DNA of 64,000 bases from Adineta vaga. Taxonomy: Eukaryota > Animalia > Rotifera. Location of the stretch: NCBI GenBank assembly GCA_021613535.1, contig CP075497.1, positions 2,356,001 through 2,420,000 of the forward strand, written 5' to 3'. Made by a program: the position numbers and the translations under genes. Of the stretch, positions 13,059 through 26,891 are shown piece by piece; position 1 is the stretch's first letter, and each line of letters opens with the position of its first letter. The notes below the pieces were generated by a model, which was given only the letters and a program-made list of their open reading frames with translations, did not search any database and was not told where the DNA came from.

Positions 13059-15228
13059 TAGATATGAAGAGAATATATTACTTGAATGCGATTAATGAAT
13101 TGAACGAAAGCACTGATTGTAATTTATTAAATATATTTTCAGAGTAAATGAACTAAAAATCAGAGAGTTTTGTAGTTGATCTAAATTTATCAAATTTCAA
13201 CAACATCTATTCTTCTTCGGTAATGAATTACGTAGACAGCAATACATCATTCTGTTAATTTATATAATATTCATTCGTTAAGACAAATAGATCTTCGATT
13301 TTTGTTCCTAACTAAAATACTTGGATAATAGTATATTTTAATTCGAGAATATCTGATTCATTATTATTCAATATATACACATCTTGGTGCTAGTAGAAAT
13401 GATTTCAAGATAAATAAACGAGTCATTCAATAGGTAAAAATATCTCACTTTTGAAGTATTCGTTCTGTTATTTAATAATATTTGATCATACAATAAATCT
13501 ACTATCGACGATAGTAAGATTTCTAGTAATCAGATATGTATTTTTAGGTCATTGCATAAACATCATGTGTCGACATATGTTATGTTTGTTTTGGTATATT
13601 GAAATAACAAAATTTAAATCTAAATAAAGCTTCAATTTTACGCAATTATCAATAATTAGATATTGATGATGCATCCAGAATTAATCGTTTTTGTCTATAT
13701 CTCAAAGAGATTTATATTGAAAGAAAACATAAATATTATCGTGTTTATTTGTCAACTACAGATAAAGTCCTTTTACAAGGTAATAAATTGCTGTTGATCA
13801 AACGGAATAAGAATCAACTTATCTATACGTAACGAAATGAGATATATACGTATAATTGATCAAACTTGAGAAGCATCAGATATCAAGACAGAAGAGAAGA
13901 ACATAAAAAGAGAGAAAGAGAGAGAGAACAAAGATGAATAATAATAATAATAATCGATGTTATATAGTATGATTTTGTTGTCTTTGTTGATATAGCAGGT
14001 ATGACTTGTAAAAAACGACAAGAGAAAAAAAGAAAAAGAATTTTATTCTTATGTATGATTGTCATCTCCGACATCGACAGAACAAATGTCATGTTCATGC
14101 CAGTTAGATCATTTGACGAGAAAAAGAATGACTGTTTATTTGCTGTTACTATTTCTTCTGATGATGATGATTGTAAAGAAAGAAAACCGCAAGTGAACGT
14201 AACGACTATAATATACATTTAAATGAGAAGAAGAAGAAGAAGAATGTCGACGAGAGAAGCCAATTTCTTTCTCTCTACGTCGTCTTTCGTTTCAAGTGTA
14301 AAAGAAAAGTTGTAAATCTTAATGGAATGTATGTAGTTGAAAGAAGCAAAAATTCTCTATCAACTAACATCACCATTGCAGTCAGCTTATGCGACGCGCA
14401 CGACCGTCTTTTTTCGCTCTCTCTCTCTCTACACAATCATACAAAGACACTCCATGCTTTCAAACTCATTTGTTCTTTTCATATGTTCATTACTCTTCTT
14501 TCATTTTTCTTTCTTTAACAATTCTCTTTCTTCTCTAATGTGCCAGATATCGACTCGATTACAACGTTAGTAAACTTCATAGTTTACCTATGTGTAATTT
14601 TTCGTAATGTATGACATATTTATTTTCTCCGATTACAAATCCACACATCTCTTTTAAAGAATTCCATCACTCGTTTTCTTTCTCTCCCTCTCTTTCTGTT
14701 TTTTTATGCTTATGCGACCGCAAGCCACAACTTTTCTTTTTGTGTCCTTCATGGCCATTGTCGTTCTGAATAATAATAATGATAATAACGACAAACCCAT
14801 CCACACGATGAAAAAAAAAACGTTATTTTTTTTCTCTTCTTCTCATCGTGGCTTTTTATTCTCGACTTCTCTTTGTCTTGAATCTTATTTTTAAATATAT
14901 ATTAAAAAATGTCTCTCATCCATCCATTCAGCTTTTTTTTTCTTCTTTTTTTCTTCTCTTTCAAATTTCATTCATATGTATATTTATGAATAGAACGAAA
15001 AAAACAAAAAACCAATTTCAAATTCATTTTTCTCTTTCTTCGTTACTTGTTTTGTTTAATTTCTATCTAGACAAGAGAAGAGAAAAAAAATCGAACGTGA
15101 ACAAAGACACATAGCAGGTTCCCTAAGGGAAGTTTTGGGATGAGAATTTGACAGCTTGTGCTGGTGTACGTATGTATGCGTAGGTGGTGAAGAAGAAAAA
15201 AACGAGAAATATAAACACCGAAGGAGAC

Positions 15229-18200
15229 ATGCACTCTTCACAACGTAGTGGCCCGGTAACCGATTTACACAATGCTCATACAGTTTCAACATTGATGAGA
15301 ACAATGACGACATCAACACAACGTCCTCATCGTCATTCATCTCGATCGAGATTGCCTTTAGATGGAACATATCCAGTTCGATCATCAAGTATTCATCAAG
15401 TCTGTTAAAAAAAATAAATTCTTTCTTTTTTTCATTATTTAAAGATCGTTTCAGATGGACAATCATGATCGAGATTTTGAACGATCAAATCGAACACTTG
15501 ATAGTGTTCGTTCAGCTGATTTACTTGCACTTGAAATAAAATTAAACAGTAATGAGAAAGTGATTACTCATCAAAATGCACAGGTAATTATTAAATTTCA
15601 ATCAAAAAAAAAGTAGGAATTTCTTTCTCTCTTATAATAAATTAATTAGATTGAAATGTTGCGTGAAACAAATCGTACATTAGAACGACGACTTCAGGAA
15701 TTAACAGACTATAAACGTGATTTATCAAATAAACAATATGAAGAACGTTTGAAAAATGATGATCTCCTTCGAGATCTTCAAGATATTGATCGTTTAGCAC
15801 GAAAAGTTCAAGCAGATAAACAATATACCGTTGAAGCAGCTGATCGAGAATTAACTGAAGCAAAAGTAATTTTTCAAACTAATAATTTTGCTCAAACATT
15901 TTCTCTTTCTTTGTTTTTCAGATGGAAATCGAACAAAATCATCGTGAAATGCAAGCACTCGATACTAGAGTTGTCCATTTAAATACAGTATGTCTTTTAT
16001 TAATGATCAATTTAAGGATTGTTTTTCGAAGAGAAACAAATAGATCTCTCAATCAAGAGTAATAAACGTACATTTCTAAAGATTCACTTTTCGAGTAGTT
16101 GATCGATGATAAAAATAGAAAATGAAAAAAAACAATAGATTTCACTTTATTTTTAAGAATAGCTTAGTGAGAAGAATCAAATTATCGATAAGAGAGATGT
16201 TGATGAAAAAATTTTCTTCTCCGTTGACTAAGTTAACCTTGATTTTTAACATACAGAACATTTGTAGTTATTCAATAACAAAACAAACGATGAAGGTATC
16301 CCATATAATAATTTCATCGTATACGAAACGAGAGAATGAGTTTTCATTTGAGAATAGAACGAGTGTGAAAGAATAGTTTCGGTGGTTTAATGAATATTTA
16401 CAAAGATTTTGCTTTTTTTCTTTGAAAAGGAAAAAAAGAACTTAATCGAAGATCTTGCAATAATGAAAAATCAATATGCTGATTGCAACAATGAACTTCT
16501 TCGTCTACAAGATATTATTGATCGTCTACAAGCAGACAAAGGCAAACTTAGTCGACGCGTTTCCAAACTTGTTCATAACGGTAAAACAAAATTTAATCTT
16601 GAATAAAACTACGTCTTTTGCCTTTTCCCAGAAAAAGAATTACTTCAAGAATTACAAAGATGTCGTCGTACAACTAAACCTCCTACACCTTCCGTCTCTG
16701 GCGGTACATCATCAAAAAAACTTTCACTTCCCGCTCGACTTGAAGTTCATCTAAAAAATGTCGAAGACGAACGTGATATGTATAGAAATGAACTTGAAAT
16801 TTTACAAAAACTAACCAATGATCGTTCTCACTGTGTTTCATCCCTATCACCATCTCGTTTAAGAACTCGATCTATATCACCATCCATTGCCACACGTGCC
16901 AGTGGTAGACGTGATATGGCGACATCACCTGTTATGCAATTAATAAAACGATCAGCAAGTAGCATTAGTACTTCACCAACACGTTGTACTGTATGTGGAA
17001 TCCATCGTAATAGAGCATCATCAGCGAAAGTAATAGAACATATGAGAAAAACATTCTTTTCGATCTCGTTGCTTCGTTTTCAGGATATGAATTCTTATGA
17101 CACTCAATTGAGAAATTTAGAAGAAGAACGCGATCGTTTTCGACGAGAACTTCATAAATATAAACGATCAACAAAAGATAAAGTAAATCAAGAGACTCAT
17201 TTTTCAATGCTTTTATTTGATCGAAATACATTCTATTCAATAGGATTCAACAGATTCTCAATTGTCTAAAGTATTACGAGAGAAAGAAGATTTACAATTA
17301 CTATTAAATAAATTTGAACGACATATGGCTGAGGTATGAACTGTCACATTAGTTTAATATATTTGACGTTTCTTCTTTTGCAGATTCAAGGTAATATAAA
17401 GGTGCTTACCAATGAACGAGACAGTATAAATATTCTTTATGAACAAGTATGTTTTTCGCTTTCGTTGTCGACTTCTTTCTTTTTAACTTCTGAGTATATT
17501 AGGCAAAAGACGAATTACAAAAGGCTCGTCTTGAACTTTTACAAAATTCACAAACACCGAAAGTTTCTCTTGCTGCTCAATCAATTTTACGAAAAGTTGA
17601 AAATGAACGTGATTCAGGTATAATTATATTCCAAAACGTTTGTTTTATCTTCTCTTATCATTCATAATTTATAGCTCTTGTCGAAGCACGAACTACCGCT
17701 AGTGAACGAGATTCTCTACGTGAACGTTTACGAGTATGACAACAAAATATTTTGTCTTTCTCTAATCATAAAACTCTTCTTCAGATTGCTACTGATACTG
17801 GATTAAATGAACGAGCACGAAATGAACAACGTATTGAAGATCTTGAAGTTGATTTACGAAAGGTAAACTTGTATTCATTTCAACTTAGTCCACAATTACT
17901 TTTCTTTTTCATCGAAACAGCTCGAAAATGATCGTGAAGAAATCATTCAACAAAATCATTCCTTACGTGAACAAATTCGAGATTTAGAAAATAAACTAAA
18001 TGAACGATCATTTACAATTTCACAATTAAATCAAGAATTAGATGATCAAAAGAATGCTTCCGCACAATTACGATATCTTTCAGAAGAAGCTGAACGACTT
18101 GTACAAGAAAATCAAAGACAATTGAATTTTAAAAAAGATGAACTTCGTACTCAAGAGGAGAAAATCATTCGATTAGAAAAGAAAATTTGTATGTAATACA

Positions 18201-20360
18201 TTCATTTTCAATGGAAAAGATTGTTTCTCTTGGTTTTCTAGATGAATTACAAGAAGCAAATAAAGCATTGAAAGATGATTTTCATGTCGTACGGAATACT
18301 GTTCAAACACTTGACAAAGAAAAGGAACATCTATGTGGTGTAATCGATATAAAAACCGATGAAAATTCACGTTTAACACAGGAAATTAATTCAAAATTAC
18401 GTCGAATTGAAGAATTGAATCGAATGGTTTCAGAATTAGAATCCGCTTTAGAGTAAACTAGTTTCGTTTGTTTGAATAAATTTCAATTTGATTGCATTTT
18501 TAGTCGAACAAATGACGAAGCAAAACAAAAATCCAAAGAAATTACAAATATCAGAATTCAAATCGATCGAAATGTCGAAGAATCAAATGATTATCGACGT
18601 AAATTCGAGCTTAGTTCAAGAGATAATAAACATTTACAAGATGAACTTTTGAATGTATCACGTGAAAATCAAGTAAATAAAATAAATCCATTCGAAAATA
18701 TCAACTTTATCATTTGATTTTCAGTCACTTCGTCAAGAACTCGAGCATGCAATTGATGATAAAGAAAATCTTAAATTACAAGTCCAAGAATACATTAAAC
18801 AAGTATCCAATTCGGAAAATATCATTGCACAGAAGGTAAAATATAATTGAAGATGGATAAGGTTTTTTTTTAAATCTTGTTCTTTTTTTTAGGAAAATGA
18901 TCGAACAAGTTTAATTGAACAATATCGTGAAGCGAGTAATGAATTAGGTCGAGTGAAAATGACACTTGCAGATATTGAATCGCATACGAATGATCTTAAA
19001 CAAGAATTACAAAACAAATCAGCTGATATCAAACGTTTAACAGAACGTATTGATTATCTTGAACGAGATGTTCATCGTGTAAGTTAGATTTCATGTTATA
19101 TTCCATCTCGGAATAGTCAATGGATCATTTTAGCATGCTTCTGTTGCTCAAGACTATGAAATACAACTATCCAATATGAATCGTTCATTACAACGAAATG
19201 AAGAAATGGTTAAAAAATTACAATCAGATAAACAAAATCTTCTAAATGATTTCAATAGTATTCGAGATCAAAATTGTTCAATTGAAAATAAAAAAGAACA
19301 AATTCTTCGACAATTAACATCAACTGAACTCGATAATGATCGATTACAAAGTATAAATGGTGATATGAAGATTGAAATCGATATGTTACGTACACAAATT
19401 AGTAATGAAAAAGCTGTTGTACAAAGTCTTGAAGAATTAATAAATTCTCTACGTGAAAAAGAATTTCAAGGACAAATTAATTCCAAAGAAAGAGAATCCG
19501 AATTACATATAGCAAGAGATCGAGTGAATCTATCGGATCTTAAAGTGTATGAAATAGATTTACAAAAGTTTTTGTTTTGCATTCTTAATTTATGAAAATT
19601 TTAGACATAGTCAAAGTAAAGAAATCGCTGCATTACGAACACAAATCATTGGAATAGAATCTGATAATAAACGATTGAAAAGTTTATTATCAAATGAACG
19701 ACATGAAAAGTAAAATAATAAACTGAGCTTTTCTTTTTTTCTTCCTATGATTGATTCATTTTATTATTGAAGAGAAATGGCAGTACAAGATTTAAGAAGA
19801 TTAAATGATCGTTCATCACGTATTGAATATGATTCTCGATATCGTAGTGTATCACCTCGAATAACTACATCAACTTCAAAGTAAAATATAATCATTTGAA
19901 AATTCGATTTTTCAATCCATTTATTTTTCAGTACAAATATTCATCGATCGCCAGCAAGAAGTCGTTCGCCATCTTATTCAGATTCTTCTCCAACTAAAGT
20001 AAGTGTGTTTTACATCAGAATCGAATCTATTCATCTAATATATGAATATAATTTTCATCTAACTATGTGTGTCTATTATCTCTATATATAAAGATCTCCA
20101 TCTCACTCAAAGTTTCTGAGATTGACGATAATTGTGAAGCTACTGCTGAAGACAACGGTAATATCACTACCATTCTCACTATATAATCACGATGATTTCA
20201 CCGTGAATTTTCATTATCTCAAATATTGCTTCTGCTTTTTTTTGCCGCTTTATTTTCGCTTTCCATTTGGGAATTCACATGATCTAAAATGTTTCTTTTT
20301 TTCTTTTTTACTTAGGGCATTAATCGAACGTGCAGTTTATGTGTTAACACAACCGCATAA
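15229..20360 (+). CDS. CEP135: CEP135/TSGA10 (Bld10)-family centriolar coiled-coil protein, multi-exon; last exon uncertain
   Basis: Segments RSADLLALEIKLNSNEKVITHQNAQ, RLEVHLKNVEDERDMYRNELEILQKL, LLNKFERHMAEIQGNIKVLTNERD and SILRKVENERDSAL...ERDSLRERLRIA match recalled CEP135 blocks; long heptad-rich exons. Confidence 0.8.
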
Positions 20361-20724
20361 CTTTCAAATAAAATTTATTTCTTTTCCGTCCAAATTTTCA
20401 TACTTTGTTTCTCTATTTCATTTGTCTTTGTGTGTGTGTTTGTTTGTATTCTCTATTTAATTTACTAAGAACAAGTGTTTATTTGACTCTTAGCGTGCGT
20501 GCACGCTGTATTCTTTTCCTCTTCTTGTGTGCGTATTTTCTAGGCAAGAACAAAATTTGGAAAAGCTCAAAATGAAAAAAAGAAGAACATTTTCTATTTT
20601 CTTTTCTCTCGTTCTCTTCTGTGTAGATTTGTGATATGAATAAAATAATATGGAGTAGAAATCGATTTTTATTCTTTCATTTATTAGTTGACAAGAAATA
20701 ATGATTTCCTTCGAGCAAAGTTAA

Positions 20725-21091
20725 TTAAAAATGATGAATAATGGAACTTTTCATTTGATCATTTGTTTTTCGACGATTGAGTCTTCCAAGAAATTTCTGA
20801 ATACGATACGGTTCAACTTGCATTTCACCTCGACGTAAAATTTGTTCTAACATTTGTGCAACTTTTTTTGAATTTCGACGATCTAATTGATGATCATTAC
20901 TATCCTCAACTGATGATGACGATGATAATAACTCAGCATCAAGTGCTTGACTAACCTAAATACAAAACAATTGATGTATCTTAAACAAATCAATTTCTTT
21001 TTACCTGAATGATAACCATCGAAATACATAAGAAAACGAGAAAGTAACGAAGACTGATGAATGTATATGATTGATGATGATGAGAAACCAT
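20725..21091 (-). CDS. 105-aa secreted, neuropeptide-precursor-like protein (exons 21091-21005, 20955-20725)
   Basis: MVSHHHQSYTFISLRYFLVFLCISMVIIQ|VSQALDAELLSSSSSVEDSNDHQLDRRNSKKVAQMLEQILRRGEMQVEPYRIQKFLGRLNRRKTNDQMKSSIIHHF*; canonical 49-nt GT-AG intron; hydrophobic signal peptide; dibasic sites. Confidence 0.7.
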
Positions 21092-22162
21092 TTTTTGTTT
21101 ATTTTTCTTAAACAATCTATGAAGCTAAAATGAAAAGAAATTAGTTTTTGTTTTACAGACAAGATAAGACAATCGGTTTTCTTTCATTTAATGATTAATG
21201 TATTAACTGAAACGAATGTTTTTCTTTATACCGTCAGTTGAATATCAATGAAATATTTCATACTCACAAAACGATAAGTTTGAGAAAAAACGGATAGTTC
21301 GATCGGTATGTGAAGAATTAGCAATGCTATTTAAAGATGATCATAAATTGTAATATGATTAAGATCGGGTGAAGAAATAAACATTTCTTCGTTTTTCTTT
21401 TTCGTATATTTTCCGAATGATAGAAAAAGAAATTATTCTTAGCTAATTTCATGCAGTAATCAACCGGCTTAAATTCTCTGGAGAAAAGATTAACATTTAT
21501 CTCCTGTTTGATTGAATTTTTATCATTAATATTTTCTCATGTAATCATATTAACAGTAAAAAACCTTTTTTTTTCCAAATACGAAATTTCCTAATGATAT
21601 TCCTTTCAATCAATTATCAAAAACAATCAAAAATATTTTTTCTTCACATATAAAAATGATTGATCACTGAGAGAGAAGACAAAACTTGACTGGTCATAAA
21701 TCTCAATTATTTGTATTGTCGAAAAGGTCAAGTACCATTCTCTTTTACATATTGATGTCTAATTTTGCCGAAAGGAACAAGATGTCTTATCTCATCATTA
21801 AACTTTCACTTTTGACTATTCAACAACCAGTTTATCACAAATTCTTTATTGATATTAACATAAATATATTGACCATTGTCCAATTATTTTGTCAGTTTAT
21901 GGAAACAATCAATGATAATCTTCTTTTTAGGTTTGTCGATATCCTAATGAGGAAATTATAATTGTAGAAACAAATGAAGAAGAAGAAGAAAGATTGTGAT
22001 CGGTCGATGGCGATACAGATGTGCACTTTATTGATGTATTCATCTCTTCGAACTCGAATGGCATTAGACAGAAAAGAAAGATATGTTCATTAGAGAAAAG
22101 AGAAAGAGAGAGAGAAAGAGAAACAACATATCTATCAATTAGATTATCAGTCAGTCAAATAA

Positions 22163-23850
22163 ATGGCACGGGTCAAACTGATCAGTCTGTCCCGTCTGTG
22201 GTATACAATTATTGTTGTATTAATTCATTTAATTCTCATCTATTACGGAATAAAACAATGTTATTTTAATGATCGTTTATTATGGCCAAAATCATCTCCG
22301 TCGCCAAAATTTGAATTATTAATACAAAAAATATGTCTTTTAACATCAATGATTTTACTTTTTGTTTTTATCTATCCTTCGTTATTTCAAATTGGAAATT
22401 ATGCGAATGATCATCAACAATTAACGAAAATTGATTTAAAACAATCGAATAAAGATATCTTTGCACAGTTATGGCAACATTCGTTTTCTTTAAGCAGTAC
22501 TTTACATTTAATTATGAGTTTTCTCATTCTAATATCTACAGTTCTTATCCATGCGAAACAAATTATGGTCGGAATTAAAGATGCAGGTAAATACCATCAT
22601 CATCATCCTTTGTTTGTTTCTATAGGTAATTGAAATTATTTTTAGCGCTTTTATGGCGAACGGATTTTGATTTACTTTTCGATTGGTCAACTGCTTCATC
22701 ACCTCCAATGTTCGTATCGAAACGTTTGACATTTTCATCAATAAATTCTTCATCTTTATCCTTTTCCATTGATTCCTATTCTCGTTTAAGTTTATTAAAT
22801 TTTCTATTTGCATCATTTATCTGTATTCTTCGTGAACCATTTGTCTTCTGGTCAATCTCGAAACTTTTCTCTCTTCTTTATTCATTTGCAATCGCTCTAA
22901 ATGTTCTACAATGGTGTCTTATGTACGGTGCATTACAATTATTATTAAAAAATCTTTGTTTTAATACGATTGAATCCCGACATAATATCGGATATCTTCT
23001 TTCCAATCAACCCTATACCACATTTTGTCTTTATTTACTTTTGGAATTTCTTATTTATATTTCTTCCATTACATTCTATTATTATGCATATAATCGTTTT
23101 AAATCCTCTTCTTCTTCATCATCCTATGATCGTTGTTCAAATTATTGTCCAAGTTTAATTGGAATTATTCTTTTATTATTATATACTGCATGCAAAATGC
23201 CACTTGTACATGATATATTTTTACTTTATATTCAAACACGTTTACGTCTTTTGTTTTTAACATTTATTTTTGAAATTGTTCATGTATTACTTATTCTTGC
23301 CTTGTGGATATTTTTAACCACAAAATTAAATTGGAATATTGAATCTCAAGAAGATTATTCATCGAAATTTTATCCGGCTTTAACTGTAAAAAATCTTCCC
23401 GAACAAACGAAATCTTTACCCGATTTAAATAAAGAAAAACCATATGAAAAAATTCGAATATTCCAATCAGAAATTTATTATCACAATCGTCCAAAAAATT
23501 GGAGTCTACCATTAAATCAACATCCATCAATGATGGCAACATTTGATCATCATGATGATATTATAACACGATCACCTTCCTATCCAATCAATCCAAATTA
23601 TAATACAGAAGTTCAATATCGAAATGCTATTCGAAAGACTCTTACAAATTTAACAACTTCTCAACAACAAGCGAAAGCAGTTTTCTTCCGAAGTAATACT
23701 CCACCAATTCCACCTGTAAAACAATTTACAAAAGAACAAGTAGAAGCAGCTCGATTACGAGCAAAACATATGATTCTTCAACAACAAAGATCAATAGAAT
23801 GTAAACAACAACAGCGACATTCAGCAGCTTTACTCATTAGTCAAGTTTGA
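22163..23850 (+). CDS. Tincar-like multipass membrane protein (2 exons, intron about 22587-22645)
   Basis: Multiple TM helices; motifs SLSRLWY, FQIGNYAND and REPFVFWSISKLFSLLY resemble recalled tincar-family blocks; long cytoplasmic tail. Confidence 0.7.
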
Positions 23851-23891
23851 TGTTCATGTTTTCTTTTCCCTTGTGTTTTCTTTTTCTTTTA

Positions 23892-24686
23892 TTACCAAAT
23901 AGGTTTAATAAATTCTTTCTGTTTAACAATCGTTGTTTTTAATTTGGATTTTCGAGTTGTTGTACTTGTAAGAAAGGTTTTCAATTCAAGTAATTCATCA
24001 TGACGAATTCGTGTACCTAAAAGACAAAGATTAGAAAAAAGCGTTAATCATAATGAAATGCTTGATTTTTTACCATTGATAAAACAATGTTCAGCGCTTG
24101 CTTTTGGGCAACGATTGAGAAGACCAATATTAGGAAAACCTAGAAAAATTTATAGATTGATGGAATATTCGTTTTCTTTAATCTTACCGATGGGAAGTTT
24201 TGGTCGAAGAAAACAAAATTGTTCAAAGATACGAAGTTCTAAATCATCATCTAAATCAAATGCTTCACTTCGATTACCAATAATCCACGTATTCTTCGTT
24301 TGACTAGTCTTTGGAAATAACACAAACCATTTATTTTGTCTCATATCAAATTCAGTTTCTAAATAAAGTTCACAATTCAAATCGTTTTCTTCATCTTACA
24401 CGTTACTTTACTTACCATTATTCGATATAATTATCTGAATTGAACGTGGAACATTGACGGGTGATTTGCTTTTCTTTATTGTACAATAAACAATGAATTC
24501 GAAGATGTTTTGTCTTTCAGTTTGCAAAGGAATGGCCCAATTAAATCGACCAAAGAGAATGGTATCCGCATGTTTCACACGTGTTTCAAACGTTGATTGC
24601 TCAATATGTAATAAAATCACAACATTGATTAATGAAAAGACTATAGTCAAGAAAAAAGTTGATATCATCTGCATGAGTTCTTTCAT
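23892..24686 (-). CDS. Secreted protein with an NtA (agrin N-terminal)/OB-fold-like domain, 4 exons
   Basis: Hydrophobic N-terminus; FETRVKHADTILFGR...FEFIVYCTIK; three GT-AG introns give an open frame ending ...EFIKPIW*. Domain call is tentative. Confidence 0.6.
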
Positions 24687-25490
24687 AGGATATTAATTAT
24701 GGTAATATGTTAGTTGGATTGTATTCTTTTGTCTATGGTGTATATTTATGTTCTATATAAGAAATGATGAAAGGGTGGGAAACCATCTGGACAGAAAGAA
24801 AGCAAAAGAGAAATAGAGAGTCTTTACTGAGAAGATTCTAATGTAAACATTGTTTGCTTCGATATATAATCAGAAACGATTGTTAGACAGATTGGTAAAA
24901 TCGGAGGTTATTTAATCGCATGAAGGAGAATGACAATCAAAGGATACGACATTATTTCGACAAAGAAAATGTTAAATACATACTTTTGGATAGAAATACA
25001 AAATAGAGCGTATATTCTTAATACTGATATATGTTTTACGATGGATACAATCGATATTGTATAATCATTGTACTGAATGATAAAGTTATATTGCAATATA
25101 GTTATAAACTTCACTCTCAAGAATTGTGTAACATCTTAAAACACTGAAAATTTATCTTTGTATTAGATTATGCGAGTGTATTTTGAATACTTGGAAAATA
25201 AAGTCTCAAAGATAAAGATATTCAGATGATAATAAAGTTGTCAGTTTTTCTTTGTTTAAAGTGAATTAGTGACATCTACTAATGTCTAAAATATGATATT
25301 ATAATTACAACTAAATATTTATAATAATTAAATTATCTTTTGTTCATAAGTTTAGATTTGAAAATGTTTTCATAAAGTTCGTTATTCTCTTTCTTCTAGA
25401 TGACATGATATGTCCGACTGATTTTGTTTTTCTCTTCTCTATAACGTTAAGTTACATAAACAGAATATCGAAAGGCTAAAATAACAAATC

Positions 25491-26836
25491 ATGTCTGAAC
25501 TTGGTCAGTGTAGTGATCCGTCATGTACGAAAAAAGATGTTCGTCTTTTTGATTGTGTTCATCATTGTATGAAATTAGTTTGTCTACAACATTTGATAGA
25601 ACATGATCGTTCGATTGATTATAATCAAGAATATTTCGATGGACTTCGTTTCGAACTTAAACAATTATGGACAACATATTCAACATTTGTTGATGAAACA
25701 AAACTTCGTTTAGAATTCGAACAAAAAATTAAAAGACATCAACAAATAATAGAAGATGTGACAAATTTATATGAAACTGATTGTGTTAATATTGAACAAT
25801 ATCGATTGATAAACGAGAAACTTCGTTTAAATATTGAACAAGAAAAATTATCAAATCAAGATTGTTTAGAATTAGTCTCGAATTTTGAAGATATTAAAAA
25901 TGAACCAATTGACGAAGTAGAAATGATCGAGAAACTTGGTACGAATGAAATATATTTTAAATACTTATGTTTCGTTTTTTTCTTTGTATAGATTCTTTAG
26001 ACTTTGATATGACAATTCAAACAGAGAAGTAAAGAATATTACTTGTAATGAAATTATAAAATCGATAAATTGATTTCTATTAGATCAATTGATAAATACC
26101 GATCAGAAAGACAAAAACTCACGACAGATAGTACGTTCTCTCTGACGTAAATTCATTATCAACAAAATTTTCTTTTCGTTTTTAGACTCAATTCCTATCA
26201 ATCACTATAATCATACAACGTAATGTGATATTTAATCTTATATTTATAAAATACTCTATATTTTTCTTCTAGTCAAAACAATTCAAATAAAACTCGATCA
26301 ATAACTTCACTTGAAACTACGAATGTTCGTCGTAATATTGAATTCCTCATTAAAACTCATATCTTATTTTCTTTTAGAATCCTTCTCGATTAGTCGTAAA
26401 ATTCCCTGGTTTCTGTCCATTTACAATCGATGGTGTATTTGGTTTAACTAAAAACTCTCATGGAATCTATCTATGTCCTGAAGGAAAATATTATCAAAAT
26501 GTTTCCGGTCATTTATTCAAATATCATCGATTCACTCTATCAACAATCGAGAGAATCCGTTGTGCAATTGGAAGAAAAGAAGATCCTTCGAAAACAATCT
26601 TGTTTCAACCAAACGATTCTGTGATCAATCGTATTACTTGTCAACCATGTCCGTTTAGTATTCATCATCAATCAATATTGAAAACAACTTATCCATCGAT
26701 TCGAAAATGTCGATCGAAAAAACCTCAATTAAATTATGTATTACGTGTGCATTTAGCAACTACACATCGAATGAAATCAACTGATATTGAAAAACTTCTC
26801 TGTAAATTAGAAAAGAAATGTTCAACATCTTTCTAA
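25491..26836 (+). CDS. Lineage-specific B-box-like/coiled-coil/zinc-finger protein, paralog A
   Basis: N-terminal CSDPSC...FDCVHHCMKLVCLQHLIEHD; coiled coil; short middle exons; C-terminal FCPFTIDGVFGL...LCP and LRVHLATTH. Confidence 0.75.
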
Positions 26837-26891
26837 ATAAACATTTTTGTTTTGTGTATTCGTTATAGTTTTGTGTTTTTTCAGATAAATC

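Noticed and set aside
13883-15114. Several Phe/Ser/Leu-rich ORFs in the track
   Set aside because: Translations of CT-rich low-complexity intergenic DNA; no splice or motif support.
24395-24415. Apparent 21-nt intron (gtaag...gtaag) in the NtA-like gene
   Set aside because: A normal ~57-nt intron ending at ttatttag (about 24359) restores the same frame.
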